From positions 248,001-312,000 of the forward strand of contig NW_021831989.1 of the NCBI RefSeq assembly GCF_006345805.1: a stretch of 64,000 bases of DNA. The letters are read 5' to 3'. This DNA comes from Octopus sinensis (lineage: Eukaryota). The notes under the pieces were generated by a model, which was given only the letters and a program-made list of their open reading frames with translations, did no database searches and was not told the DNA's origin. Shown one piece after another: positions 12,190 to 23,555 of this stretch. Positions within the stretch are counted from its first letter, which is position 1; each line of letters opens with the position of its first letter. The translations under genes and the position numbers were made by a program.

Positions 12190-12960
12190 TTTTTAATGGA
12201 TGCTCTATCAAATATCGGGATGAAAATTAGAGGCAGGAACCATAATTATTGTCACTATATTAATGATACAACGCTACTGGCCAAAACAGAGAACGGCCTC
12301 AGTTAGTTAATTTTAAAATTTAAAGAATAGAGTGCCGTCTTTGGTTTACTTCTAAATGGCAGTAAGTCTAAAATTATATTGACTGCAAATAATGGAATAA
12401 TGGAACTAAAAATTTTTTTTTTTTTTTTTTTTTTAGTTTTTTTTTTTTCATCGGCCTGGCCATTGTTCGGGGCAACGCACACTGCGTCCTCGCCGCTGGA
12501 ACTTAACTATTTTCGGTGTTAATTTTCCAAATTCTACTAAAAAAAAAAAAAAAAGTTAAGGAACTAAAAATTAGGAATGAAAAAATAGAGTTGCAACAAT
12601 GTTACATTTTTGGGATGCTTAATTAATTGAAATGGTAATTCTTGGAAATAAAAAGGCAAATTGCCATATGACAGAGTGGTTTCCTGAAAATGAACAGTAT
12701 ACGGAAAAGCAAAGATATTTGCTTAAGGACCACACGCAGACTGGTTGATGCAATCGTGTTCCCGGTTTTTCTATACGGTGCTGTAACATGGATACTGAAA
12801 AGGCGGATAGAAAAAAATTAATGCTTTTGAACTCTGGATAAATTTAATAAGAATCCCTTTGACGTCCAAAATAACAAACATCTACATATTCAAACGGGTG
12901 GATACGGACATTTCGCTTGAAGAAAAAATCGTAAAACATAGATTTATTAAAAATCTACAT
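12190..12960 (+). mobile_element. RTE/BovB-like LINE remnant, interrupted by a younger insertion
   Basis: GMKIRGRNHNYCHYINDTTLLAKTENGL...FGLLLNGSKSKI and RLVDAIVFPVFLYGAVTW...INAFELW parallel the RTE RT motifs GIKIAGRNINNLRYADDTTL and LVKAMVFPVVMYGCESW. Confidence 0.75.
12415..12559 (+). mobile_element. Extremely 5'-truncated CRE-like retro-insertion with poly(A) tail and 13-bp target-site duplication
   Basis: Reads IGLAIVRGNAHCVLAAGT* (the C-terminus of REL-type CRE ORFs) followed by A16. The sequence ggaactaaaaatt is duplicated at 12402-12414 and 12560-12572. Confidence 0.7.
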
Positions 12961-13089
12961 ATGTAAATTTTGTATGTAGTTAACCTATAAATACATTCAA
13001 GATAAATTTTTCTTAGTTTAATAAATAAAGATAAATTTTATAAGTTTAATAAATTTTAAAGTTTATCTATTTTTGTAGCTGTTATCAAT

Positions 13090-14358
13090 ATGAAGAAAAG
13101 GAAAATTTTTGAAGAAAACAGGCAATTCAGCAATCATTGGGAAGAAGATTACTTTTTTATAATGCATAATTCCAAGCCAACATGTTTAATTGCAAGGAGA
13201 AAGTATCGGTGGTGAAAGAGTACAATGTAAGAAGACATTATGAAACAAAGCATTCCGAATACGCGAAATTTAGTAAGGAATTGAAAACAAGGAAACTGGA
13301 TTCGCTTAAATCTGAATTGAGAAATCAGCAAAGACTATTAAATTCATCGATACACTCTTCTTCTGATACTGTTAAAGCAAGCTACTCTGTTGCAATGATA
13401 ATTTCAAAGAGAATGAAATCATTTTCGGATGGAGAATTCGTAAAAGAGTGTTTGGATGCTGTCGTGAAAGACATTTTGCCAGATAAAACTAAAAGTTTTC
13501 AAACATTAGCTTGTCACGTCAAACCATATGTCGCAGGGTTAATGACATTTCAAATGAAATTGAACAAGGAGTTACAAGGACAGGATAATTTGATTATAAG
13601 GACAGGATAATTTGATTACTAATGCATGCCATCAAGTCAAAGCATTTCGAATGAAATTGTCATTGTTTGAATGTCAAATAAGAAATGGAAATGATCAACA
13701 TTTTCCAACGCTAAATCAATTTAAAATCAGCCATTGTAAAAATTTCTTCAAGTACGCTGATGAAATAAAAAATCTTGCTGCAGCATTTGACAGTCGATTC
13801 TCGGAACTAACAAAAATATGAGAAAATGTTTGAAACATTTTCTTCTCCATTTCATGTTGACGTTTTTATTGTTTCAAATACTTTGCAGACGGAAATAATT
13901 GACCTACAGTGCAACAGTGAACTAAGACTTGTTTATCCTACTATATCCAAAATTGACTTTTATAACAAATATGTGACTGCAGAAAAATATCCCAACTTAA
14001 GAATTTTTGCACAAAGAGTTGTAAGCTCCTTTGGATCTACTTACGTATGTGAATCATTCTTTTCGAAATTAAAGTTTAGTAAAAGTAGATATAGATCTTC
14101 TTTAACAGATAAAAACTTAGAAAACCAATTAAGATGTGCAACTAGTAATTGTGAAGTTGATTTGAAAAAATTAAGTGAAGATAAAGAAAAACAGATTCTC
14201 ATTGATACGTATAATTGGACTGAATGCTATTTTACTAAATAAAATCTTATCTGTGTTGTTTTGATATCTATCCTTAGTATGTACATGTATATGCGGCCCG
14301 CGGAAAGGATTCATTTGGACAAAGTGGCCCGCGATGCGATTTGGGTTGGCCAGGCCTG
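13090..14358 (+). mobile_element. hAT transposon (SPIN/GTF2IRD2/Buster-like), internally deleted and frameshifted
   Basis: VVKEYNVRRHYETKH, KPFS-like KSFSDGEFVKEC, FGSTYVCESFFSKLK and RSSLTDKNLE. The right terminal repeat gggttggccaggcctg ends at 14358; no left terminal repeat was found. Confidence 0.85.
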
Positions 14359-14536
14359 CTTTAGAGATTACAAATCTATTTTTGAGATTTAAAAGTAAAA
14401 GTATGTTTTTTATTAAATACAATACCATCAAGCTGGAAATAATGATTTTTATATTTATTATTTTTAATTTATGATATTTTGTTGTCGGTCAATCAATTTA
14501 TTTTTATAAAAATAAAATAATAAATTGTTGGAACAA

Positions 14537-15124
14537 ATGGGAATTACTGGATCTCCAAAATGTGCTGCTTGCTTTAAACCTGTCGAATTTTACGAGCGAA
14601 CTGATTGCTGTGCCAAAATTTATCACAAGGAGTGTATACAATGCAGTTACAAATTCCAACAAACAATATTTTAGACCAATGTAATAAACGACTGGATTCC
14701 TCTTCTGTAAAACTAATAAATGGAAAAATGTTTTGTTGCGAATGTTTTCGAAACTTTACCAAAAAGTATCCAGTTAATGTAAAATCATATCCAACAAAAC
14801 CAAATATGAAGTTAGTTTTTTGTGTTTATCGCTAACAGCATAGAGAGCAATAATTGTAACATTTGCCACAAACCAGTTTATGATGCAGAAAAGATAATAG
14901 CAAACGGATCAGTTAGCTTATTTAATTTCAGTAATTAGATTATGCATAACTCGTGTTTCAAATGTTTCACATGTAAATGGATGCTACAACCTGGAAAATT
15001 TAGTGATAGAAACGGCAAGATATATTGTGACAGTAAATTTTTAAATTTTAAGCATTTAGAATGTCATTATTCTCATTTTGGAACCAAAGGTGTTGGATAT
15101 GGAGGAGCACTCCAACTTGAATAA
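14537..15124 (+). CDS. Cysteine- and glycine-rich double-LIM protein (CSRP/MLP family), copy 1 with both LIM domains intact
   Basis: LIM1: CAAC..HKECIQCDQC..CCEC. LIM2: CNIC..HNSCFKCFTC..CDKCH, followed by FGTKGVGYG. Four introns of 27-29 nt. Confidence 0.9.
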
Positions 15125-15489
15125 ACTAGTTATTTACTATTGAACAGAATTTTAACTCAATAAAAATTAAAAGAAACAAAATTTAACTTTAGCTAGACTA
15201 TTGAATTTAGATTCTCAGTCCCGATTATTGGACAGAACAGAATTTTAATTCTTTAAGAAATTTCGCAGTATTGGATGCCAGTACGGCCGACGTCCCTATC
15301 GAGATTGGAACAAAACGGAAAAGTTTTCCGATCTCCAAATACTGAGATATCTTCACCTTTTCTGCTCTACTAGCAGTCAAACCGAAAGAATTAATATTCC
15401 AGAGACTTATGGAGTTAGAAAACGTATCTGCACGCGTTGCATCCCATGTTATATTTTCCCTTGAAGTAGGAAAAAAGAATTATTTCATA

Positions 15490-15950
15490 CGACCTTCTGC
15501 CATCTCCCCGGTCCAGCTCGATGGATTCCAGTTGTGATGGAAATCCTGCGCCCTCGATTGCAAAACAAGGAATGTAGTCCTTTGCGATCAACTGTTTCTC
15601 CGCACCGGTTAACTATTTTTAGTTCAATTTTGTAAAAACGTTGAGACCGATAAACCTCAAGACCAAGACGTTGTGCAACACCGATTCTCACACAATCGTC
15701 GTCCATAAGCGCACCAAATGAACTGCATGGAAATGCGTGGAGCCATTTGCCGCTCCCGTGTTGTTCCTTAGAAAGCAAATAAACAAGATGGTGTTAGTTC
15801 AACTTCCGTTTAGGTCATCAACAATAGCCTTGCATGATATTGCGTCCCAACAATTCTGTCTCAAAACATCATCCGGATCGAAAGTCCATCTTCCTTTCAT
15901 CAAAACCAAGCCTCGTTAAATACTGTGTCCAAGGAACATCCAGTAGTGTG
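15490..15950 (-). mobile_element. CRE-like (REL endonuclease) non-LTR retrotransposon fragment
   Basis: KWLHAFPCSSFGALMDDDCVRIGVAQRLGL...CGETVDRKGLHSLFC matches the CRE zinc-knuckle region; same family as 32060-32650. Confidence 0.65.
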
Positions 15951-15959
15951 ACATAGTTA

Positions 15960-17470
15960 GTTAGTAGCCCCGGACTGCCTGATATGCAGGAACCCGGCGG
16001 CTATTAAGCGACGCACAGCCTGGGCCGGTCGCTCCCAGAGATCCCGAAGAGCTGCCCATGGTAGCGAGATTTCCGGTGGTCCAGGACGGAAGAAGAAGTG
16101 GTGGACGGAGATCGGGTAGAGGTTACAAACGTGGCAGGGCTTTCTTTCTGTTTTTTTCCCATGAGATCGCGTCCAAGGCAGAAATGATGCCCGCAGTGAA
16201 GTCTTGCAAGAATCACACGTTTTTTCTTGGAAGTAGTGATTGTGATTCACCGATTTCTGGGGAAGTACTAGGAGTATTTGGTTAGGCGATGGTCTACGGA
16301 TAGCCCTTGTGGAGATAAAATTGTGTATTAAAGCCGATCTTTTTTACCGTTTCTCAAGAAAATTTTCAACAGTCTTTTCCAGACGTATTTGCCTTTTGTT
16401 GGCGGATTTGAGAAGATTGTGTGCCGGATAATAGGCGGTCGCGGAGTCATCCAAAAATTGGAGTTTGCACATTTCGAGATGGTCAGCGACGGGCAGAATT
16501 TTTGTTTCCCCATTGAGTTGATCGATAGGGAAAGATTTTAAACATCTCGTTATTTTTCTGAGCCCAGCATTCTGGACTCCTTGTAAGTCCTCAAGGGATG
16601 TAAGCAAGACGCACGGAGACCAGCAGGGGGAGCTTAATTCAATGTTGTTTAAATGAATTGTTTGTATATCAACTTTAAGCTTTCCTTGGCTTGTCCAAAA
16701 GAATAACCCGAGACTGCACGTAGTGAGTTCAGCTTGTGCCTTGCTTTAGTACATATCGTATTCACGTGGGTAGAAAAACTTAAAAATTGATCATAGGTGA
16801 CACTCAGAATTTTGGGGTTTTTTGTTACAAGTAAACGATTTCAAGTACAAAGAGTGAGGGTTCATGATTGAGTTCACGTTTGTTCGTCATGAAGAGCGTT
16901 GCAGTCGATTTGGATAGCTGGCTGATGATAAACCAGGCAACAATGAAATCCAGATGAGATTGTAGGTGGTTTGTGGCCGTTGATAGATCGCTATCTCTTA
17001 ATGCAATGATTATGTCGTCTGCGTATGAAAGTAGTAAGGTGTTTTTGGTGACTGGTGCGGTACTTAAATGGAGATTGAAGAGAGCTGGCGATAGCTCTGG
17101 GCCTTGCAGGATTCCATTCGGTAGGTATCGAAAGCGGGATTTGTGTCCTCTGATCTCTGTCTGGCCTTAACGGCCCGATAAAAAAGTTGTTAGCCATCGT
17201 TTCAAGGCTGCTGGGATATCTGTCATTGCAATTTTGTAACTCAGAATGGGTCTCGAACTGCGATCAAAGGTCTTAGTAAGATCGGCTGACACAAGTATAG
17301 TTCTTTGGGGAAATTTAAAACTTTTTGAATCCATCTACGATAAATTGAGTTAATGTTGTTAGATGTGTTGTGATGGAATAATGTGGACGATAACCATTTT
17401 AATGATTTTGAAAATGAAAAAAAGGATAGATCATTGTCAATACAACTCTTCCAATAGGTTTTGAGACAAC
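15960..17470 (-). mobile_element. Degenerate LINE fragments (endonuclease-RT linker, post-RT region, C-terminal Cys/His region)
   Basis: LQGVQNAGLRKITRC...ETKILPVADHLEM and CHVCNLYPISVHHFF...RDLWERP; same family as 10870-11640. Confidence 0.65.
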
Positions 17471-17703
17471 TGATAAAAGCGAGATAGGTAGATATAATGT
17501 TGGGTTTTTAAATCTCCGTTTAGTTTTAAAACGCGAAAGATGCATGATTTTTTCTATATCATCGGAATTTGTCCGAGGTTTAATGAGAGTTCAAGAATGA
17601 TTTTTGTATTTATTTTATATTCATTATTTTTAATTTATGATATATTGGTTGGTGGTAAACCAATTTATTTTAATATAAATAAAATAATAAATTGTTTGAA
17701 CAA

Positions 17704-18292
17704 ATGAGAATCACTGGAACTCCACAATGTGCTGCTTGCTTTAAACCTGTCGAATTTTACAACCGAATTGATTGCTGTGCCAAAATTTATCACAAGGAGT
17801 GTATACAAAGCAGTAACAAATGCCAACAAACAATATTTTAGACAAATGTAACAAAAGACTGGATACCTCTTCTGTAAAACCAATAAATGGAAGAATTTTT
17901 TTCTTTGAAGGTTTTCGCAACTTTACCAAAAAGTATCCAGTAAACATAAAATCATTTTCAACAAAACCAAAAATGAAGTTAGTTTTATGTGTGTTAATCG
18001 CTAACAGCATTTGGGGCAATAATTGTAACATTTGCCACAAACCAGTTTATGATGCAGAAAAGATAATAGCAAACGGATCAGTTAGCTTATTTAATTTCAG
18101 TAATTAGATTATGCATAACTCATGTTTCAAATGTTTCACATGTAAATGGATGCTACAACCTGGAAAATTTAGTGATAGAAACGGAAAGATATATTGTGAC
18201 AGTAAATTTTAAATTCTAAACATTTAGAATGTCATTATTCTCATTTTGGAACCAAAGGTGTTGGATATGGAGGAGCACTCAAACTTGAATAA
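17704..18292 (+). CDS. CSRP/MLP double-LIM protein, copy 2; second zinc finger of LIM1 degenerate
   Basis: Same four-intron structure as 14537-15124 with an open frame. LIM1 reads HKECIQSDKC..FFFEG instead of HKECIQCDQC..FCCEC. Confidence 0.85.
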
Positions 18293-19185
18293 ACTAGTTA
18301 ATTATTATTAAACAGAATTTTAATATAGTAGGGAAATTTAAATAAACATTTTCATTTTTAATAAAAGTCACACATTAGTAATGACATTTTTGTTGATATT
18401 TAAAAACTTTTTACAAAATTGAACTAAAAATAGTTAACTTTGTAGTTTAAAAAATTATTTCTTAAGTACTGGCTTGCAGGATTGAAAGACAATTTTCGCG
18501 TAAAACAGCCAGCGAGATCACCTGAATAAGGAATATAAATTCACTGGGATCTCTGGAGCGATAGGTGAACAGACGGCTAAATTGTAGTTTGATGTTTTTA
18601 AAACTGTAACTGTAAAGTATGTGTTTATAATGAGATCAATTTTGTCTTTAATAATCAAACTTCACTGGTTAAAGAGAAGAAAGATTGACCTCTGTGAAAC
18701 CCATTTTCCTAATGATATGCATCTTCATTTATTGCCAACTTATTGAGCTGGGATTTTTTCTTAGTTTTATCTCTGTCCAACGTTTTCTAAAAAAGTACCC
18801 GCTTTTAAAAAAAGACGAAGCACTCATCAGTGAGTCATCACACTAGCGTCCAAAGAGAAATCTGTTTTAATAAAATATTAATTGTTTTGTAATCTTTTGC
18901 TAATAATTTTCCCATGATTGGAGATACTGTAAATATTAGACTTATGTGTCTAAAACTACTAACCAGATAGACAGATTGGGAGAACTTCTTAAGCATCAAA
19001 GAATTCTTTTTGGATAGAAATTTGTTTTTAATAGTGTTTATACTCAGACTTAACATATTTATGAGACATTTTTTGAACGAATGTATTATTAAATTTGCGA
19101 GAGATTAATTTATATATAAAACACATTTAAAAGAAATAAAACAATAAATTGTATAAATCACGTGTAAGGCGTTCTAGTTGGTGTA

Positions 19186-19707
19186 ATGTCTGATTTCGAA
19201 TTCGACAATGCTGCCTCAGGTTCTTCTGGAGTGACCTTCTGTGAAATTGGTGAGTTAAAAGTTGGAGGATATTGTGTCATAAATAATCGGCCCTGTAAAA
19301 TAACCGAATTCACAACAGCCAAGACAGGAAAACACGGCCATGCCAGAGTATCCTATTTTAATATCCCAGGGAATGATTGTAGCCAATGATATCTTCACAG
19401 GCAAAAAAATGGAACATTCTGGACCGACATCTCACTCGATTAATGTGCCAGTCATAACCAGACAGGAATATACAGTACCACCCCTGATTGAGTTTAGTTA
19501 ATTGACATTATCGACGAGGACGAAAAGTCATATCTCACGTGCATGGACAGTAAAGGGGGTCAGATTGATGGACTTACATTGCCACTTGATGCTACTTTGG
19601 CTGGGAATATTCGCAAAGAATTTGAGGCAGGCCTGAGTGTTGCGGTTTGTGTCTGGACTGCATTGGATGAGTCAGAAGTCAAATCGTTCAAAATAGTCAA
19701 AGATTAA
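19186..19707 (+). CDS. EIF5A: Translation factor eIF5A
   Basis: PCKITEFTTAKTGKHGHAR (hypusine loop), DIFTGKKME; introns of 22 and 23 nt. Confidence 0.95.
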
Positions 19708-19738
19708 AAATTTGTTCTGTCTAACATTCTTTTCTTTT

Positions 19739-20140
19739 GTCTTATTAAAATTAGCAAAAATGCTAAAAATGTTGAAAAGTAATCGAAAATTGTAGAATTA
19801 GTCAAATTTAGGAAAAACAGGGGCAAATTTAGTTCTTTTAAAATTACTAAAAATGTTAAAAAATAATCGAAAATTGTAAAATTAGTCATATTTAGGCAAA
19901 ATAGAGGCGAATTTAGTCTTATTAAAATAACCAAAAATGTTGAAACAATTAAAAATTTTAAAATTTAGGCAAAACAGGTACGAATTTAGTCTTATTAAAA
20001 TTACTAAAAATGTTAAAAAGTAATCAAAAATTTTAAAATTTAGGCAAAACAAAGACGAATTTAGTCTTATTAAAATAACTAAAAAATGTTAAAAAGTAAT
20101 CAAAAAATGTAAAATTAGTCAAATTTAGGCAAAACAGAGA
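19739..20140. repeat. Minisatellite of about five 73-93 bp units, each containing the TTI2 stop-codon region
   Basis: gtcttattaaaa recurs at 19739, 19832 (variant), 19916, 19989 and 20064. Each unit carries aaatttaggcaaaaca, the reverse complement of the last TTI2 codons. Confidence 0.9.
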
Positions 20141-21278
20141 GGAATTCGGTTGTTAATTGAGGAATTGTTTGCATAAGTATGTCCACACATTCCTGCCACT
20201 GTCGATACAAGCAGTCATAGTCCACTATTCCACCATTCCTCGTCATTCCCAGATAAACAGGAGCCATAACTGCAAATATATGAATAGCATTGGCTTCCAC
20301 TCGACAGGAAAGAACGTCTATAAAAGACCGGATAGTTATAACAAGCAGTTTAGCCGTTTCAATCGCCTTTTCAGTCAAATTCAAATTTAGAAAAGATAAA
20401 GATTTGTGTTTGAGGACATTGAGGAGTGATTGGCTGAACTTGGCCACATGAAAACCAAGAGATTCGATAAAACGTGGGGAATTTGAAAGTAAAGTAATGT
20501 TGTTTTTTTCTGTTGTTTCGAGCAATGAAAGAATGACAACAAAAAACGACTCGTGGAAAGGCAAATCCAAAAATTTGTCAGTTTTCGGTTCAAATTTTTG
20601 CTGGAATATAAAAATCGTATCCAAATAAACTGAAAGTAATTCCGAGGATTCAAAATCAGAGCAATAATTCTTAAGAGTGTCAAAAACCACAAGATGTGTG
20701 TTGTTTGATTGTAAAAACTTAAGTGATCCATTTTTTAGAATGAAAGACAAAGCACAAAGACCCTTCAAACTCGTCTCAGAATTCGAGTCGTCGATCAGAA
20801 GAAGAACTAACACGATAATTTTATTCATGTTTTTGTCCAAAGTGGCACTGTCGACACGGAACATGACCGTTATGACCAAATCCATCATAAACCGACGATT
20901 CTTCCATTCATTTTTTGTCAAATATTTCACAAAAAGCGTCAGAATTTTATCAAAATTGTCGGAAATAGAACAATTTTCTTTTTCTAGTTTTTGGCCAAGT
21001 TGGGTGGTTAAATCAATACTAACATCAAAATTTGGTGCCAAATAATAACATATTGCGTAATTAATTTGTTCAAAAATATTTTTGGAAATCATTTTTTTGA
21101 TGATTTCGGATAAGTGTTTTTTGAATATATTTTTCCCGTTATCATCATAGCTAATATTTGATAAGAATAGTGTTTTTAAATCGTTGGATATTTGAGGATC
21201 AAGTTCTGGTGTGGGTGATTTTTTTTGATTTGAAGATATTTTATAAATTCCAGGTTCACCACCAAAAGAGGTTGTCAT
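20115..21278 (-). CDS. TTI2: TELO2-interacting protein 2 (TTT complex, HEAT repeats), intronless, 387 aa
   Basis: WKNRR...LLLIDDSNSETSLKGLCALSFILKN...LQSNNTHLVVFDTLKN is colinear with the TTI2 segment WKNNP...LVISDDYQTENKILGVHCLHHIVLN...LQYNRAQVLYHAISN as I recall it. Confidence 0.7.
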   Translation of the reverse strand: MTTSFGGEPGIYKISSNQKKSPTPELDPQISNDLKTLFLSNISYDDNGKNIFKKHLSEIIKKMISKNIFEQINYAICYYLAPNFDVSIDLTTQLGQKLEKENCSISDNFDKILTLFVKYLTKNEWKNRRFMMDLVITVMFRVDSATLDKNMNKIIVLVLLLIDDSNSETSLKGLCALSFILKNGSLKFLQSNNTHLVVFDTLKNYCSDFESSELLSVYLDTIFIFQQKFEPKTDKFLDLPFHESFFVVILSLLETTEKNNITLLSNSPRFIESLGFHVAKFSQSLLNVLKHKSLSFLNLNLTEKAIETAKLLVITIRSFIDVLSCRVEANAIHIFAVMAPVYLGMTRNGGIVDYDCLYRQWQECVDILMQTIPQLTTEFLSVLPKFD

Positions 21279-21593
21279 TTCAAAATGGATTTAAACTTGT
21301 TTTAAAAATTATTAAATAAAAAATTAAAATATTTTTGCTATTATTCAATTAAAATAAATTAAATTTTTTAAATTAAATTAAACTTTCTAAATTTACTTTT
21401 GAGTAAAAAATAAAAACATAATTTATTAAAATAAAAAAATAATTATTAATTTTTTAAATACAGTATTATTTTTAAAAAATTATAAATAAAATCTATCAAA
21501 CCAGCGTGCTTATTTTATAGTATTTTATGTTTTTTTAACTATTTTCAAATAAAATACATTTTAAACATTATAGTCTAATTTTCGGTAGTTAAA

Positions 21594-23555
21594 ATGTCAT
21601 GGCTCTTCGGAATAAAAAACCCATCAATTCCCCAAGACCCGAATCTCCCACCTCCCCCCATTCCGCCAAAGGATACACCCAAAGATAACGTCGGCTATGG
21701 ATTCAGCTCAGAATCCCTCGAACGTGCTGCAGGTGCGGCCAAACGTCTGGAACAGTCAAGTTAAGGTCCCTACTCAATTCGGCAGAACACTCCAAAGAGG
21801 CCTTTGAACTATCAAAACTCCACGAGACAACAAATCAATTAGAATTTCAAAAAAAAATAAAAGTAATTTTATTTATTTTATAAAAGGAATACGAACTTTC
21901 TCTCGAACAAATCAAACTCGACCAATCCAAGGTACAGGGAGAAGAGCGGAGGAAGACCATCCAGGAGGAGACCAAACAACACAAAGCCCGAGCCCAATAC
22001 CAAGACCAACTGACCCGTCAACGTGACGAGGATCAACGAGCCCTTCATGTAAGAATAGAAACCTATAAACCCTTTTAGAGCAAAATGCAGGAGGAATCCC
22101 TTCGGAAACAGGAGGAATCTGTCAAAAAACAAGAAGAAATGCGAAAAAGTGATAAAATCCCCACCCGAATTTGCAGAAACGGTGGAATATGAGTCGAAAC
22201 TTCGTTTGGAGGGAGAACTAAAAAGAATCGAGGCCGAAATCCACGCCCAGGCAAATGCAGAGCGGACAAACCGAGATATTCGAATGGAACAACTCAGAGA
22301 AAAGGCAAAAGAGAACAGAACGACTGTCCTCGAGTCAATCAGGACTGTCGGAGATGTCCTTGGTGGAGGGGTTGGTTCTCTTGTTCGAGATTGGGACAAA
22401 ATGACAGCTTTGGTTATATTTATTACATAATATAAGGCCTCGGGGGTCACTATGTTAGCTGTGGGGATATATGCGGCCAAATATGGGATGGGTGGGTTGG
22501 TTAGGCAGGTTGAGTCACGTTTTGCCAGACCTTCCTTGGTCAGGGATACGTCTCGTCGGTCTTTGCTGGATTGGTTCCTTCATCCAATCACGGTATTTTT
22601 TTCCTCCTGATTAAAGTCGTTTAAATCGATGAATTCTTCACAGGATGCTCTTTCTGGGATTATTTTTGACGTTTTTTGGTTTTTTAATGTGATAGTCCTC
22701 GATGGAGAAAAGACTGAGGGATATATCCATTGCTACTCGGCATACTATGAAAAACCGTGGATTATATAGAAATATACTTTTTTATGGTCCTCCGGGTACA
22801 GGAAAGACAATGTTTGCTAAGGTTTGTGGGTTTTTTTGAGTTATTCAGAGTCTGGCCACACATTCGGGGATGCACTACGCCGTGATGACTGGAGGGGATG
22901 TGGCTCCCATGGGCAAAGATGGAGTTTCCGCGATCCACAAACTCTTTGATTGGTCAGAAAAATCAAGAAAAGGGTTTTTTTGACGAATTACACAGACTTG
23001 TGCTGTTTATTGACGAGGCGGATGCATTTTTGAGAAAAAGGTCAACTCAGGCCATCAGTGAGGATATGCGGTCAGCTCTCAATGCTTTCCTCTTCCGTTG
23101 TGGCAAGCAATCAAACAAGTGTTTTTTAAAATCCGAAAGTTGTAGGTTTATGTTGGTTCTTGCGAGTAACCAGCCCGAACAGTTGGATTGGGCTATCAAT
23201 GACAGAGTGGATGAGATCATTGAATTTGGGATTCCTGGCTTGGAAGAAAGGGAGCGGATGTTGAGAATGTATTTTGATCGGTTTATTCTCACCCCGGCCA
23301 GTTCGAAAAAAAGGTGTTTGGTTTTTTATTTAGTTTAGTCGTATGAGTGTTGATAGCTTTGATTATGGATTGAAATGTTCGGAGGTGGCGGCTCAGTTGG
23401 AGGGGTTTTCTGGGAGAGAAATATCCAAGTTGGTCATTAGTTGGCAGTCCTCTGCCTATGCTTCGTCCGATGGAGTTTTGACTCAGGAAATTATGGATTC
23501 GTGTATTCAGGATTCTCTGAGGTCACATTCCAAGAGATTGCTGTGGAATAATTGA
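21594..23555 (+). CDS. ATAD3: Mitochondrial AAA+ ATPase ATAD3; about 11 short introns
   Basis: [84 protein letters not shown]. Confidence 0.97.

Noticed and set aside
19300-19350. eIF5A hypusine loop variant TTAKTGKHGHAR
   Set aside because: The modified lysine and the KTGKHGHA core are conserved; the flanking changes are within the range expected of a fast-evolving lineage.
21878-22480. Long antisense ORFs (also 31189-31665, 41510-41925, 59371-59823, 26323-26673)
   Set aside because: They are shadows of real genes or of the RT; the skewed codon usage lowers antisense stop frequency, and there are no recognisable motifs.
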